Source of the DNA: Nanobdellota archaeon
GTDB taxonomy: Archaea > Nanobdellota > Nanobdellia > Woesearchaeales > UBA11576
Direction of reading: 5' to 3'
DNA length: 64,000 nucleotides
Assembly: GCA_042576705.1 (NCBI GenBank)
Contig: JBHPEY010000001.1
Span: 72,980 to 136,979 of the forward strand
Part shown: positions 1 to 8,383 of the stretch, one piece after another
Numbering within the stretch: position 1 is the stretch's first letter
Layout of the letters: each line of letters opens with the position of its first letter
Program-made: the position numbers and the translations under genes
The notes under the pieces: generated by a model
What the model saw: the letters and a program-made list of their open reading frames with translations, nothing else
Told to the model about the DNA's origin: nothing
Databases searched by the model: none

Positions 1-722
1 TGGTCCAGAAGCTCAAGCAATAATTTATCTTTTTCCTTCTGGTCAACAAAGAAGAGATATTGTTGGATCATTTCAACCGTGGTTGCCTGAGGTGCAACCG
101 CGACATGGACTGGATCTTTGAGAAGAGTCTTTGCGAGTTCATTTATCTGCGGAGACATTGTCGCTGAGAAGAACAGAGATTGTCGTTTAATCGGTAGTTT
201 TGATATTATCTTCTTGATATCATTTATGAATCCCATGTCCAGCATCCTGTCCGCCTCATCCAGAACAAAAAACTCAATGTGTTTTAGCGAGATGTATCCC
301 TGTTCCATCAGGTCCAGCAGCCTGCCAGGTGTCGCAACAAGGACGTCCACGCCGGATTTCAATGCCTGGACCTGCTTTCCCTGACCTACCCCGCCAAAGA
401 TGACAGTGTGCTTGAACTTAAGAAACGCGCCGTATTCTGTGAAACTTTCTCCTATCTGCGCTGCAAGCTCTCTGGTAGGGGCAATCACCAATGTCTTTAT
501 CTTTCTTGGGTATTGCTCCTCCATCCTGTGCAGGATCGGCAATACAAATGCAGCAGTCTTGCCAGTGCCTGTCTGTGCTATGCCTATCAGGTCTCTGCCC
601 AGTAGCAGGCTCGGGATTGATTTTGATTGAATCGGGGTGGGTGTTGTGTAACCCTGTCTATCCACTGCTTTTTCGAGCTGCGGGTCCAGATCCAGGTCTT
701 TGAAGGATATTTCGTCGGTCAT
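1..722 (-). CDS. DEAD-box RNA helicase, bacterial RhlE/DeaD-like (5' part only; runs off the window start)
   Basis: Hand translation from ATG at 722: MTDEISFKDLDL...TPTPIQ (Q motif), AQTGTGKT (motif I), APTRELA (Ia), VATPGRL (Ib), LDEADRMLDMGF (II), FSATM (III). Absent from the ORF track because it is open at the window edge. Confidence 0.95.
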   Translation of the reverse strand, partial: MTDEISFKDLDLDPQLEKAVDRQGYTTPTPIQSKSIPSLLLGRDLIGIAQTGTGKTAAFVLPILHRMEEQYPRKIKTLVIAPTRELAAQIGESFTEYGAFLKFKHTVIFGGVGQGKQVQALKSGVDVLVATPGRLLDLMEQGYISLKHIEFFVLDEADRMLDMGFINDIKKIISKLPIKRQSLFFSATMSPQINELAKTLLKDPVHVAVAPQATTVEMIQQYLFFVDQKEKDKLLLELLD

Positions 723-968
723 GAGGGTTTAAAAAAAGTGCTTGGTTATAAAGGTGAGGGTATTTTGGGTGTGGGTGACGCGGGGAGTCAGGGAAGCAGC
801 GATCAAAAACCCAACCGCAGCAAGCTGCAGGGCGGCGACAAAACAGCGTTTTGTGAGGTTGCAAACAAGTCTGCAACTATGGGCCCAAAATCAACAATAA
901 AGACATCGAATAAAGGGACTTTGGCATGTAACGAAATTGTCCGAAGGACTAGGGGGTCACGTTCAATA

Positions 969-1862
969 TCATTTAACAAGAGAAATAATCTTTATTTTCT
1001 TTGGAAGTATTTTTACTGTTGCTGGCGTAGTGCCTATTGGATCGCCATCAATATCCATATCAGTGCGTGGCGTACTCACAATCTTTATCTTTTTTGTTCT
1101 AAAAAACCTAACGCCAGGTATTGCAGTAACCTTACCTTTAGGAAGTTTAGGAAACTCTTTGAAAAAGCAGTTAAATTTAGACTTAAAAGGAACTATTGTG
1201 ACAGTCATCATGCCGTCAGTCGGTTTCGCACCCGGACCAAGCATCATACTGCCACCAGATGTTTTTTCAACATTAGCTACGATAACAAAAGTTGTTCTGT
1301 CCTTGTACTTTCCTCCATCCCATTTTATGGTCATATTCCATGGCTTGAATAATATAAGCTCTAAGAAAGTTGCCAAGTAGTATCCCATTGCAGCCCCTAG
1401 ATACTTTTTCATCCAAGGTCTGACCCTGTGATTAGCGCTCATTCCAAAACCTATGCAAAGAAAAGAATATTTCTTTACCTTACCATATTCAACCTCCAAA
1501 ATATCATATTTTTTTGGTTTACTTTTTTTAAGTGCTTCAACTGCATGATTGAGGGACTTAATCCCAACATTTCTTCCAATATCATTTCCAGTCCCTGCAG
1601 GTAAAAGTGCAAGGGCTGGTTTTTCTGGATTATTAAGTGTGCCTGTCATCACTTCATTTACAGTTCCATCACCCCCTACAGCAACTATTATATCATATCC
1701 TTTCGCATCCTTTGCTATCTCTGTCGCATGACCTGGGTATTTTGTCATAAAAACATCTTTTTCGTCAATTGGTCCTGTCCAAAGTTCCTTGAACTGTCCC
1801 CAAATTCTAGGTCCTGCGCCACCGTTGCCGGCAGGATTTATTATGTAGAGTGTTTTTGACAT
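969..1862 (-). CDS. Diacylglycerol/lipid kinase family protein (YegS/DagK-like)
   Basis: IINPAGNGG, VAVGGDGTVNEV, LPAGTGND and DIDGD motifs of the DAGK catalytic family; AT-rich. Confidence 0.9.
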   Translation of the reverse strand: MSKTLYIINPAGNGGAGPRIWGQFKELWTGPIDEKDVFMTKYPGHATEIAKDAKGYDIIVAVGGDGTVNEVMTGTLNNPEKPALALLPAGTGNDIGRNVGIKSLNHAVEALKKSKPKKYDILEVEYGKVKKYSFLCIGFGMSANHRVRPWMKKYLGAAMGYYLATFLELILFKPWNMTIKWDGGKYKDRTTFVIVANVEKTSGGSMMLGPGAKPTDGMMTVTIVPFKSKFNCFFKEFPKLPKGKVTAIPGVRFFRTKKIKIVSTPRTDMDIDGDPIGTTPATVKILPKKIKIISLVK

Positions 1863-2069
1863 CAGTACTATTTTGTTGTCTAGAATTTATAAATCTTTCT
1901 TACAAAGAATCAAAATAGACTAGGAACCCCCTATTTCTAAAAAAGGAACTCAAATCTTATTGGACTTAATCGGCGTTATGTTTCCTAATTTATTAAGTCG
2001 AGGCGTAGCCGAGAAGTTAGTGGGCGGGATTACATAAGTTTTATATATGATCTTTTCTTCTTATGTTAT

Positions 2070-2309
2070 ATGGGAGATTTACCTGATATATCTGATTTAT
2101 TGGAAGCTGAAAAGTGTTTATTTAGTTCTCAACAAAAGTTAAGCGAGGAAGTTAAAAGATTAGAAGAAGGAAGAAAAAAGTTAAGAGAAGGAATTGTAAC
2201 AGTTTACAAAACAGCACAAGTCACTCCTGAAGAATGTGATCATCCAGTAATTGAATATCAAGGGATGGGGATGAGTTATTGTGGTTGTTGTGATAAACCT
2301 CTTTCTTAA
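2070..2309 (+). CDS. Small hypothetical protein: coiled coil plus C-terminal Cys/His cluster (possible Zn ribbon)
   Basis: 79 aa ORF ending ECDH-x11-YCGCCDKP; preceded by a TTTTATATA box near 2039-2047. Confidence 0.6.
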   Translation: MGDLPDISDLLEAEKCLFSSQQKLSEEVKRLEEGRKKLREGIVTVYKTAQVTPEECDHPVIEYQGMGMSYCGCCDKPLS

Positions 2310-2340
2310 ATATCCCACTCACTAATTAAACATAATTCCT

Positions 2341-2421
2341 GTTAAATACCCCGAGCCGAAGGCGAGAGTGCAACGTGGTCGAGCGGAACGAAGTGAAGCG
2401 AAGAAGTTGAAAAAGTGCGCC
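2341..2421 (-). mobile_element. attC-like/palindromic cassette boundary (inverse core ATTTAAC at 2347-2341 on the minus strand)
   Basis: Lies 3' of the YdeI gene. Contains TTGAAAAAGTGCGCC (2407-2421), a perfect inverted copy of 3038-3052, and RYYYAAC complementary to GTTAAAT at 3063-3057. Confidence 0.4.
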
Positions 2422-2433
2422 GTAATACATTTA

Positions 2434-2997
2434 TTATTGTATCATCCCATATTTTTTATTTTTTGCAGTCATCTTAAGAAAATATCTTAGTCTCTTTTTA
2501 AAAAGTTCCGGGCGAGTTCTGGCTCCTTCTATCCACTTAATCCGAATACGTTTGTATGATTCTGAAAATTTCTGAAAGTATCCCCAAGTTTTTTCGTCTT
2601 TCTTCAAGGATTTGAGAATATCAGATGCGATTTTTAGTTTTGTATTCTTTGTAGGATCAAAAGAAACGTGTTGTATTGCAGTGAGACCAACAGATTTCAT
2701 CTTTTTTTGTTTTACAAGTAAGCGAATACGTTCTTTATTCATTTCTGAAAGATTACTTTTGGATGTTCTGGGGGTAAATCTTTGGGCAAATTTTTCTTCA
2801 TCTATTCCTTTTAGAATACTATCTATCCACCCATAACAAAGTGCTTCTTCAACTGCATCATTGTATGGGATTCTTTTTTTGCCAGATGATTTTCTGTAAT
2901 AAATGAGCCAGATATCCTTTTTTTTATTGTGATTTTTAGCGAGCCATGAACGCCATTTTTTTCTATCAATCACATAAAGTGTTTTTCCTAAATTCAT
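2434..2997 (-). CDS. YdeI/OmpD-associated (bacteriocin-protection) family protein
   Basis: WRSWL..NH...IWL.YYRK, Y.DAVEEALCYGWIDS, FTPR..S..S..NKER motifs; C-terminal R..RL..F tail. Confidence 0.9.
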   Translation of the reverse strand: MNLGKTLYVIDRKKWRSWLAKNHNKKKDIWLIYYRKSSGKKRIPYNDAVEEALCYGWIDSILKGIDEEKFAQRFTPRTSKSNLSEMNKERIRLLVKQKKMKSVGLTAIQHVSFDPTKNTKLKIASDILKSLKKDEKTWGYFQKFSESYKRIRIKWIEGARTRPELFKKRLRYFLKMTAKNKKYGMIQ

Positions 2998-3037
2998 ATT
3001 TTCTTAAGATGCTATTAGATATATAAAACATTCTATA

Positions 3038-3100
3038 GGCGCACTTTTTCAATTGCATTTAACAGTTCATATGCGAATCCGTCGGATATGAACTGTTATG
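3038..3100 (-). mobile_element. attC-like hairpin site upstream of the YdeI gene
   Basis: Perfect 13-bp arms TAACAGTTCATAT (3060-3072) / ATATGAACTGTTA (3086-3098). On the minus strand it reads GCATAAC...GTTAAAT (GTTRRRY core). Confidence 0.45.
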
Positions 3101-3249
3101 CGCTTTGAGGGGGTGGGTTTTGGGATTTTGATTCTGTTTTTTTGATTCTATTGTGCAGTGATTAGTATTTTCTCGTCGGAAAAGTTCCGATTGTTGTAGA
3201 ATTCTTGCTCTGGGAAAAATAAATTTAAAAAATTAAATAATGGATGTTC

Positions 3250-3498
3250 TCACTGACCGAGGAATCTGAACAGTTCAAATACCATAAACGCAGGCCAGAC
3301 CAGGGCCTTGATGACGCCCCATACGCCGTTCCAGAAACCGGTTGTTGTTGAGATGTTATACGCTGCAGCTCCTAAGAAACCCAGGCAGTAGCCAGCACCT
3401 TTGCAACAATGCGCGTGCATTCCGTGTTTTTTCTTATCCATGCAGCATTCATCCTTCTTTTTATTCATGGTTCTCTTGATAGCTTTCTTCTTTGCCAT
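3250..3498 (-). CDS. Small membrane protein with Lys/Cys/His-rich N-terminus
   Basis: GGTGA RBS before ATG 3498; two hydrophobic segments (GAGYCLGFLGAAAY, GVWGVIKALVWPAFMVFELFRFLG). Confidence 0.75.
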   Translation of the reverse strand: MAKKKAIKRTMNKKKDECCMDKKKHGMHAHCCKGAGYCLGFLGAAAYNISTTTGFWNGVWGVIKALVWPAFMVFELFRFLGQ

Positions 3499-3556
3499 TT
3501 TATCACCTTGTTCATATGATCTATACAATCCAAATAATCAAATAAAAAAATCAAAA

Positions 3557-5398
3557 TCAATAATTGACTAACACCTCAACATCCTTGCCGAAGATATCCT
3601 TCAGCTTCTCGAAGATCACTTCCTTGATGAAGACCTTCGGCGGTATCGAGTACTTTGCAAGGTGCTTCTCCAGCTCCTCGAGACTGGATTTGGTTATTGC
3701 GCCCAGGCTGCCGTCTTTCTGGATGGGTGCCTGGGTGATCTCCTTGTCCTCTGCGTCGATGTCGTGGATGATAAAGGCCATGTCTTCCAGGAGGAGGACC
3801 TCACCGTACCTGTCGCCGTGCTTAACGCGGATCCTGGCTCGATCGAGCTCTTTTCCTCGCTTCCTCTGCATGTACTCCACGAGGAACTTGACGATTTCTC
3901 TGCTCTCCTTCTTGACATTCTCTATGTCTGCCTTGGTGAGCTTCTTCTCGTCGAAATCCTTCTTGGCCTTCACCACGTGGTTCAGCATCCTGAGATGCTT
4001 CTCAGGGATCTTGCCGCGGTGCACGAGCTCTGACTCGAAGTATTTTATGACCTCGATGTCCTTGACACGCTCCACACCCTCCAGCACGAGGACGTCACGG
4101 ATTATGGTTATGACTGTGTCGTAGACGTGCAGGACAGACTCTTCCTCTTTCATCTTCTCTATCTGGGTGAACAGTCTCTTCAGACGCTTCAGGTACTTGT
4201 CTGCCTTGTCCAGAAGCTCGTCGACCTCCTTTCCTGAGACTTCCTTTATATCGCCATGCTCTATGCCCTTGTAATAATCCCTTATCTCCTGCAGGGTCTT
4301 GATGTACTTCTCCTCCAGGAGCTTCTCCTTCTTCACAAAGATATCCTCTACGAGCTTTATGGTCTCGTTGGGAGTAGGTGGCGGTATGCCGTACAACATG
4401 AGCGCTGCTTGTGTCGGCGTCAGCGTGCTCCAGTACATCTCCGTCTCTACTATCTGCTTGAGCTTGCTTTTGACGCGAGATACCATCTGCTCTCCTGAGG
4501 CCATGAACATGTCGATCGCCTCTGCGCTGGGCTTGATCTTTCCCATCTTGAGCAGCTGCTTCCAGGGCATGAATATGCCGCGGTCGTACAGCGGAACGCC
4601 GTCCCTGAGGATCGTGAATATCACCGGGTTGGCTTCCTTCACTGAATCCCAGAAATCAGTCAGTATGTATACCTGGATATTGAGCTTGTTCTTGATGCCT
4701 GTCATGTCACCTGCGTCGAGGCCCATGCCGACTATGATCGCTCTTAGCTTATCCTTCAGCTCTGCGCGAGTCATCTTCTTGACATCTGTGTCGTCAACGA
4801 TTATCGCGACGTCAATATCAGATTTATCTGTTGCCTGTCCTCTTGTGAGAGAGCCGAACAGGACATATGAGACTATGTACTTCTCGAACTTCTTGAGGAC
4901 CATCTCCTTGTGGATCCCGCCAATCTTGAGCGCGGATGCCATTCCAGTGTCATAGACCGGAGCAGCCATCGCAAAGAGCTGCAGAAGGTCAGTCTTACCA
5001 TCATAGCATGACTGCCAGACCTCGCTGAGGATGATTGTCTGCGGAGTGAGGCGCTTGTCTATCTCCTGCGCCATCTTGGCCATTATCGCGCCAAGCTTCT
5101 CTTTCAGCTCCTGCTTTGTCATGCGCTGTGAATCAGAATCATCAATAAGGATGAGGATGTTGATCTTGTCCTTGTCCACCTTCTCTCCCTGCTTGCTTGG
5201 CGGGAGCAGGCATATGCCCATGATGTAATGCTCAAACTTCTTCAGGATATCTCCCTGGAACTTGTCGAGCTTTACCTTGATCTCCTTGAGCTTCTCCTGC
5301 ACCTCTGGCGGGAGTTTCTTCATCGCCTCATCATCCTGTGCTGCTTTTTCCTGTGATTTTTCCTGTTTCTTGGACTTTTTTTCCTGTTTCTTTGCCAT
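3557..5398 (-). CDS. Nucleotidyltransferase (pol-beta/MNT) protein with duplicated NTase domain and HEPN-like helical region
   Basis: VLFGSLTRG...SDIDVAIIVDD in the second domain. Internal repeat DDSDSQRMTKQELKEKL vs DDTDVKKMTRAELKDKL. Start moved to ATG 5398, with GGGGTG as RBS. Confidence 0.8.
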   Translation of the reverse strand: MAKKQEKKSKKQEKSQEKAAQDDEAMKKLPPEVQEKLKEIKVKLDKFQGDILKKFEHYIMGICLLPPSKQGEKVDKDKINILILIDDSDSQRMTKQELKEKLGAIMAKMAQEIDKRLTPQTIILSEVWQSCYDGKTDLLQLFAMAAPVYDTGMASALKIGGIHKEMVLKKFEKYIVSYVLFGSLTRGQATDKSDIDVAIIVDDTDVKKMTRAELKDKLRAIIVGMGLDAGDMTGIKNKLNIQVYILTDFWDSVKEANPVIFTILRDGVPLYDRGIFMPWKQLLKMGKIKPSAEAIDMFMASGEQMVSRVKSKLKQIVETEMYWSTLTPTQAALMLYGIPPPTPNETIKLVEDIFVKKEKLLEEKYIKTLQEIRDYYKGIEHGDIKEVSGKEVDELLDKADKYLKRLKRLFTQIEKMKEEESVLHVYDTVITIIRDVLVLEGVERVKDIEVIKYFESELVHRGKIPEKHLRMLNHVVKAKKDFDEKKLTKADIENVKKESREIVKFLVEYMQRKRGKELDRARIRVKHGDRYGEVLLLEDMAFIIHDIDAEDKEITQAPIQKDGSLGAITKSSLEELEKHLAKYSIPPKVFIKEVIFEKLKDIFGKDVEVLVNY

Positions 5399-5448
5399 TA
5401 TGGTTTGCACCCCTGTTGTTTAATCATCGATTGTCTGAAATACATCTG

Positions 5449-5545
5449 AGTGTGTTATACTCGGAGCGGGAATACTCCCGGTTCCTGGTGGAGATGAAAC
5501 GCTCCGGTCGACCAACTCCCAAGGAGTGGGTCATTCTCAACACTG
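5449..5545. ncRNA. Candidate structured RNA or 5' leader upstream of the NTase gene
   Basis: Stems GTGTT(5452-56)/AACAC(5539-43), CGGAGCG(5462-68)/CGCTCCG(5500-06), GACCAACTCC/GGAGTGGGTC (5510-5532), GGGA-ATAC-TCCC. TTTATAAA box 23 nt away at 5568-5575. Confidence 0.3.
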
Positions 5546-5567
5546 TATATCTAATAGGCAGGCATGC

Positions 5568-5575
5568 TTTATAAA
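5568..5575 (-). promoter_or_regulatory. Archaeal TATA box (TTTATAAA), within the 8-bp inverted repeat CTTTATAA-ATAC-TTATAAAG
   Basis: Consensus match in a divergent intergenic region. Confidence 0.4.
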
Positions 5576-5719
5576 TACTTATAAAGCCCAGAGGTGGGGA
5601 GTGTGACAAAAAGGTCATACTGGTGGTCAGCCATAAAGGCCATCGAAAGCTTTATAAGTTGTAAGAATTATGTTTAAGGCGTTCAAACCACTTAAAACGC
5701 TAATATTGAAGGTGATCAA

Positions 5720-6412
5720 ATGACCAAGAAAAAGAGCGGAACCCCACTATACGACTCACACAAGAAGGTACATGACCTGGTAGGCAAACTCCAGGACTTG
5801 AACGAAGATGAGCATTCTACAGGACTCGCAAGCGCGATACACGAGGTCGCTTCAGAGTATCTCCATAAGAACAAGGATAGTGACGGAAAGGTCAACTGGG
5901 AAGCCAAGGGTGGTGACAAGGAGCACAAGAAATTCACAGACAACCTGTGGAGCACTGCTGCTGACAGGATTGCAACAGATTATCTCAAGCTGAGCGATGA
6001 AGCCATAAAAGAGCTTAAAGGCAAGAAGACCCCTGAAGGGGAGAGCGCATGGGAGACATTCATCGCGAATTACATGGGCGGTCTTGACAAGGAGACATTC
6101 TTTGACAAGGTAAAGAATGAGAATGAGCTGACCATAGAGAATATACTGAGGAGCTATACCAACAAGCTGGCAGGAGAACACGTCCAGTACAGGCACGGCG
6201 CACTGCTGAGGAAGAACATAGAGACTCCTGAAGACAGCGACATGGTGGCGTCATACCTGGGGAAAGCGAAGAAACACAACAAGAAATCGCTCAAACCGCT
6301 CAAGACTCCAAAGAGGTTCAAGAGCATCCATGAGGCGATGAACACGCTTTCTACAGCATCCCAGTATGTTCCAAAGGGCTACCATCCAGACAAGAAAGAC
6401 ACATACAATTAA
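5720..6412 (+). CDS. Hypothetical soluble protein
   Basis: 230 aa ORF with GGTGA RBS and genome-typical codon usage, followed by a T-rich tract; no family recognised. Confidence 0.75.
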   Translation: MTKKKSGTPLYDSHKKVHDLVGKLQDLNEDEHSTGLASAIHEVASEYLHKNKDSDGKVNWEAKGGDKEHKKFTDNLWSTAADRIATDYLKLSDEAIKELKGKKTPEGESAWETFIANYMGGLDKETFFDKVKNENELTIENILRSYTNKLAGEHVQYRHGALLRKNIETPEDSDMVASYLGKAKKHNKKSLKPLKTPKRFKSIHEAMNTLSTASQYVPKGYHPDKKDTYN

Positions 6413-6500
6413 ATCTTCTTTTCATGTTTTTTAAGCTTTATTCACTCAAATAATTTCAAAAATCTTTTTAAATAACACCGATTTTGGGTAGGCAGGAATA

Positions 6501-8381
6501 ATGCCAGTCTTTGAATTGCTAAAAGGGGTTGCAGCAGGGCATCTGATGGAGATATCAGGGCTATGGGCACTGCTAAGTCTCATCCCTCTCATCCTTGTCT
6601 ATCTCATCCGACCTCGGCCGAAGAAGAAGACCATACCCGCACTCATGTTCCTCCTGAAAGACAATGCGCGTTCTGACAAGAAAAGCTTCCTCAGGCGGTT
6701 CGTCCGGGATCCTCTGTTCCTTTTCCAGATACTGCTCTTCATCGCGTTCGCGCTGGCAATCGCAAAGCCATTCATGACAGTGACCGAAGACGTGTTTGTC
6801 GAGAAGACCGCAATCGTGGTCGACGGGTCTGCATCATCACAGGTAGAGGTCAATGGAAAGTCAAGGTTCGAGATAGCGATCGATGCTGCGAAGGACAACC
6901 TCGGGACTAAGAACACAGTCATCGTGGCCAGCTCTGTGCCTGAACTCATCGCGGATGACGTGGATTCCTCAAAGGCAAAGAACGAGCTGTCACACCTCAA
7001 GCCAAGGGACACACCCACAAACATATTCGACTCAATCATCTTCGCAGGCAACTATGTCAAGGAAAAAGACAAGGTCATAGTGGTGTCTGACTTCATAGAG
7101 ACCACATCGCAGAAGGACTTCACAGCAGCAAAGAACATACTCGAGTCAAAGGGCATGATAGTGGATTTCGTGAATGTCCGCGACTATGAGGAAAGGAAAG
7201 CCAAGAACATCGGCATCATCGATCTGGATGTCAACGAGCAGGAGACATCTGTCCAGATAAAGAACTACAACGATGAGAACGAGACAGTGGGCCTTGAGAT
7301 AGAGGGCGCGAACCTCACACAGAAAGACGTGCTCATAGAGCCCAAAGCAGTCGAGGTCGTCAGCTTCCCTACGCCATCAGGACTCTCCAAATTCTCCATC
7401 AAGCCATGGAACGGCCACGATGATCTTACGCTGGACAATACGGCATACATATCATCCCCGTCAAAGATAGCAGCACCATTGCTGCTGATATCCAACAGCG
7501 TGACAAAGTATCTATCCACCGCGCTCGAGGTGCTGGACAATGTCGCAGTCGACAAGGGGACGCCGCCAAAGGTCCCCACGGTGAATCACCAGATAATCAT
7601 GATGAGCAATGTCAACAAGGACCTCATCCTCCCAGGGACCATGAAGAGCATAAGGAAGAAGGTCGATGACGGGGCTGCGTTGATAGTCATCGCCCAGAAA
7701 GACATCCTAGGGATCGACTTCGAAGGCATGCTCCCTGTGGAGCGTACCGACAAGGGATCGCCGGTCTTCATAGAGCACGAGGTCTTTGTCTCCTCCACGC
7801 AGGAGACCACCCTGACAGAGGACATAAACTTCGGAAGGGTCGACAAGTACCTCAAGGTAAAGCCGCGCGACGGATCGATAGTCCTTGCCTCGACCACCAA
7901 CAATGTCTCCATGATAGTCATGAAGAGCCACGGCAAAGGGATCGTGGTGTATTTCGGATTCATGGACGACTACTCCACATTCAAGGAAGACATATACTAC
8001 CCTGTGTTCTGGAAGAGGCTCTTCGACATGGCCATAAATAAACAGGATCTTTCGGAACTCAACTTCCGCACTGGCAGGCTGATAAACCTTCTCGAGAAGC
8101 AGAAGATAGAGGCGCCGTTCGGCAAGGTGAAGGCAGACACCATCCTGCTCACACACCAGGGGATATACACCACAGAAGAGAAGAAGTTTGTCGCGAACCT
8201 GGTGAATGACAAGGAATCGAACGTGAACGGTGAGGAGATGGGAGACAAGCTGGGCGTGTACGATGAAGCGATCAAGACCCGGGAGGAAGTCCCCTTTGAG
8301 CTGACAAGATACTTCATCATCGGCCTTATACTGCTCGTGTTCCTTGAACTGTTATGGATAAAATTCAGAGGTGACCTCTAA
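6501..8381 (+). CDS. BatA-like N-terminal membrane domain + VWA domain + GATase-like domain membrane protein
   Basis: LIPLILVYLIRPRPKKKTIPALMFL (BatA N-terminus), DGSAS MIDAS, VSDF, C-terminal TM helix ending LLWIKFRGDL. Confidence 0.85.
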   Translation: MPVFELLKGVAAGHLMEISGLWALLSLIPLILVYLIRPRPKKKTIPALMFLLKDNARSDKKSFLRRFVRDPLFLFQILLFIAFALAIAKPFMTVTEDVFVEKTAIVVDGSASSQVEVNGKSRFEIAIDAAKDNLGTKNTVIVASSVPELIADDVDSSKAKNELSHLKPRDTPTNIFDSIIFAGNYVKEKDKVIVVSDFIETTSQKDFTAAKNILESKGMIVDFVNVRDYEERKAKNIGIIDLDVNEQETSVQIKNYNDENETVGLEIEGANLTQKDVLIEPKAVEVVSFPTPSGLSKFSIKPWNGHDDLTLDNTAYISSPSKIAAPLLLISNSVTKYLSTALEVLDNVAVDKGTPPKVPTVNHQIIMMSNVNKDLILPGTMKSIRKKVDDGAALIVIAQKDILGIDFEGMLPVERTDKGSPVFIEHEVFVSSTQETTLTEDINFGRVDKYLKVKPRDGSIVLASTTNNVSMIVMKSHGKGIVVYFGFMDDYSTFKEDIYYPVFWKRLFDMAINKQDLSELNFRTGRLINLLEKQKIEAPFGKVKADTILLTHQGIYTTEEKKFVANLVNDKESNVNGEEMGDKLGVYDEAIKTREEVPFELTRYFIIGLILLVFLELLWIKFRGDL

Positions 8382-8383
8382 TC

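Noticed and set aside
627-1380. + strand ORFs 627-1352 and 937-1380
   Set aside because: They overlap the helicase and lipid kinase genes on the opposite strand and show no recognisable motifs.
5449-5545. Hammerhead ribozyme (CTGGTGGAG...GAAAC)
   Set aside because: The core deviates from CUGAUGA, and the required GUH cleavage triplet opposite stem III is absent.
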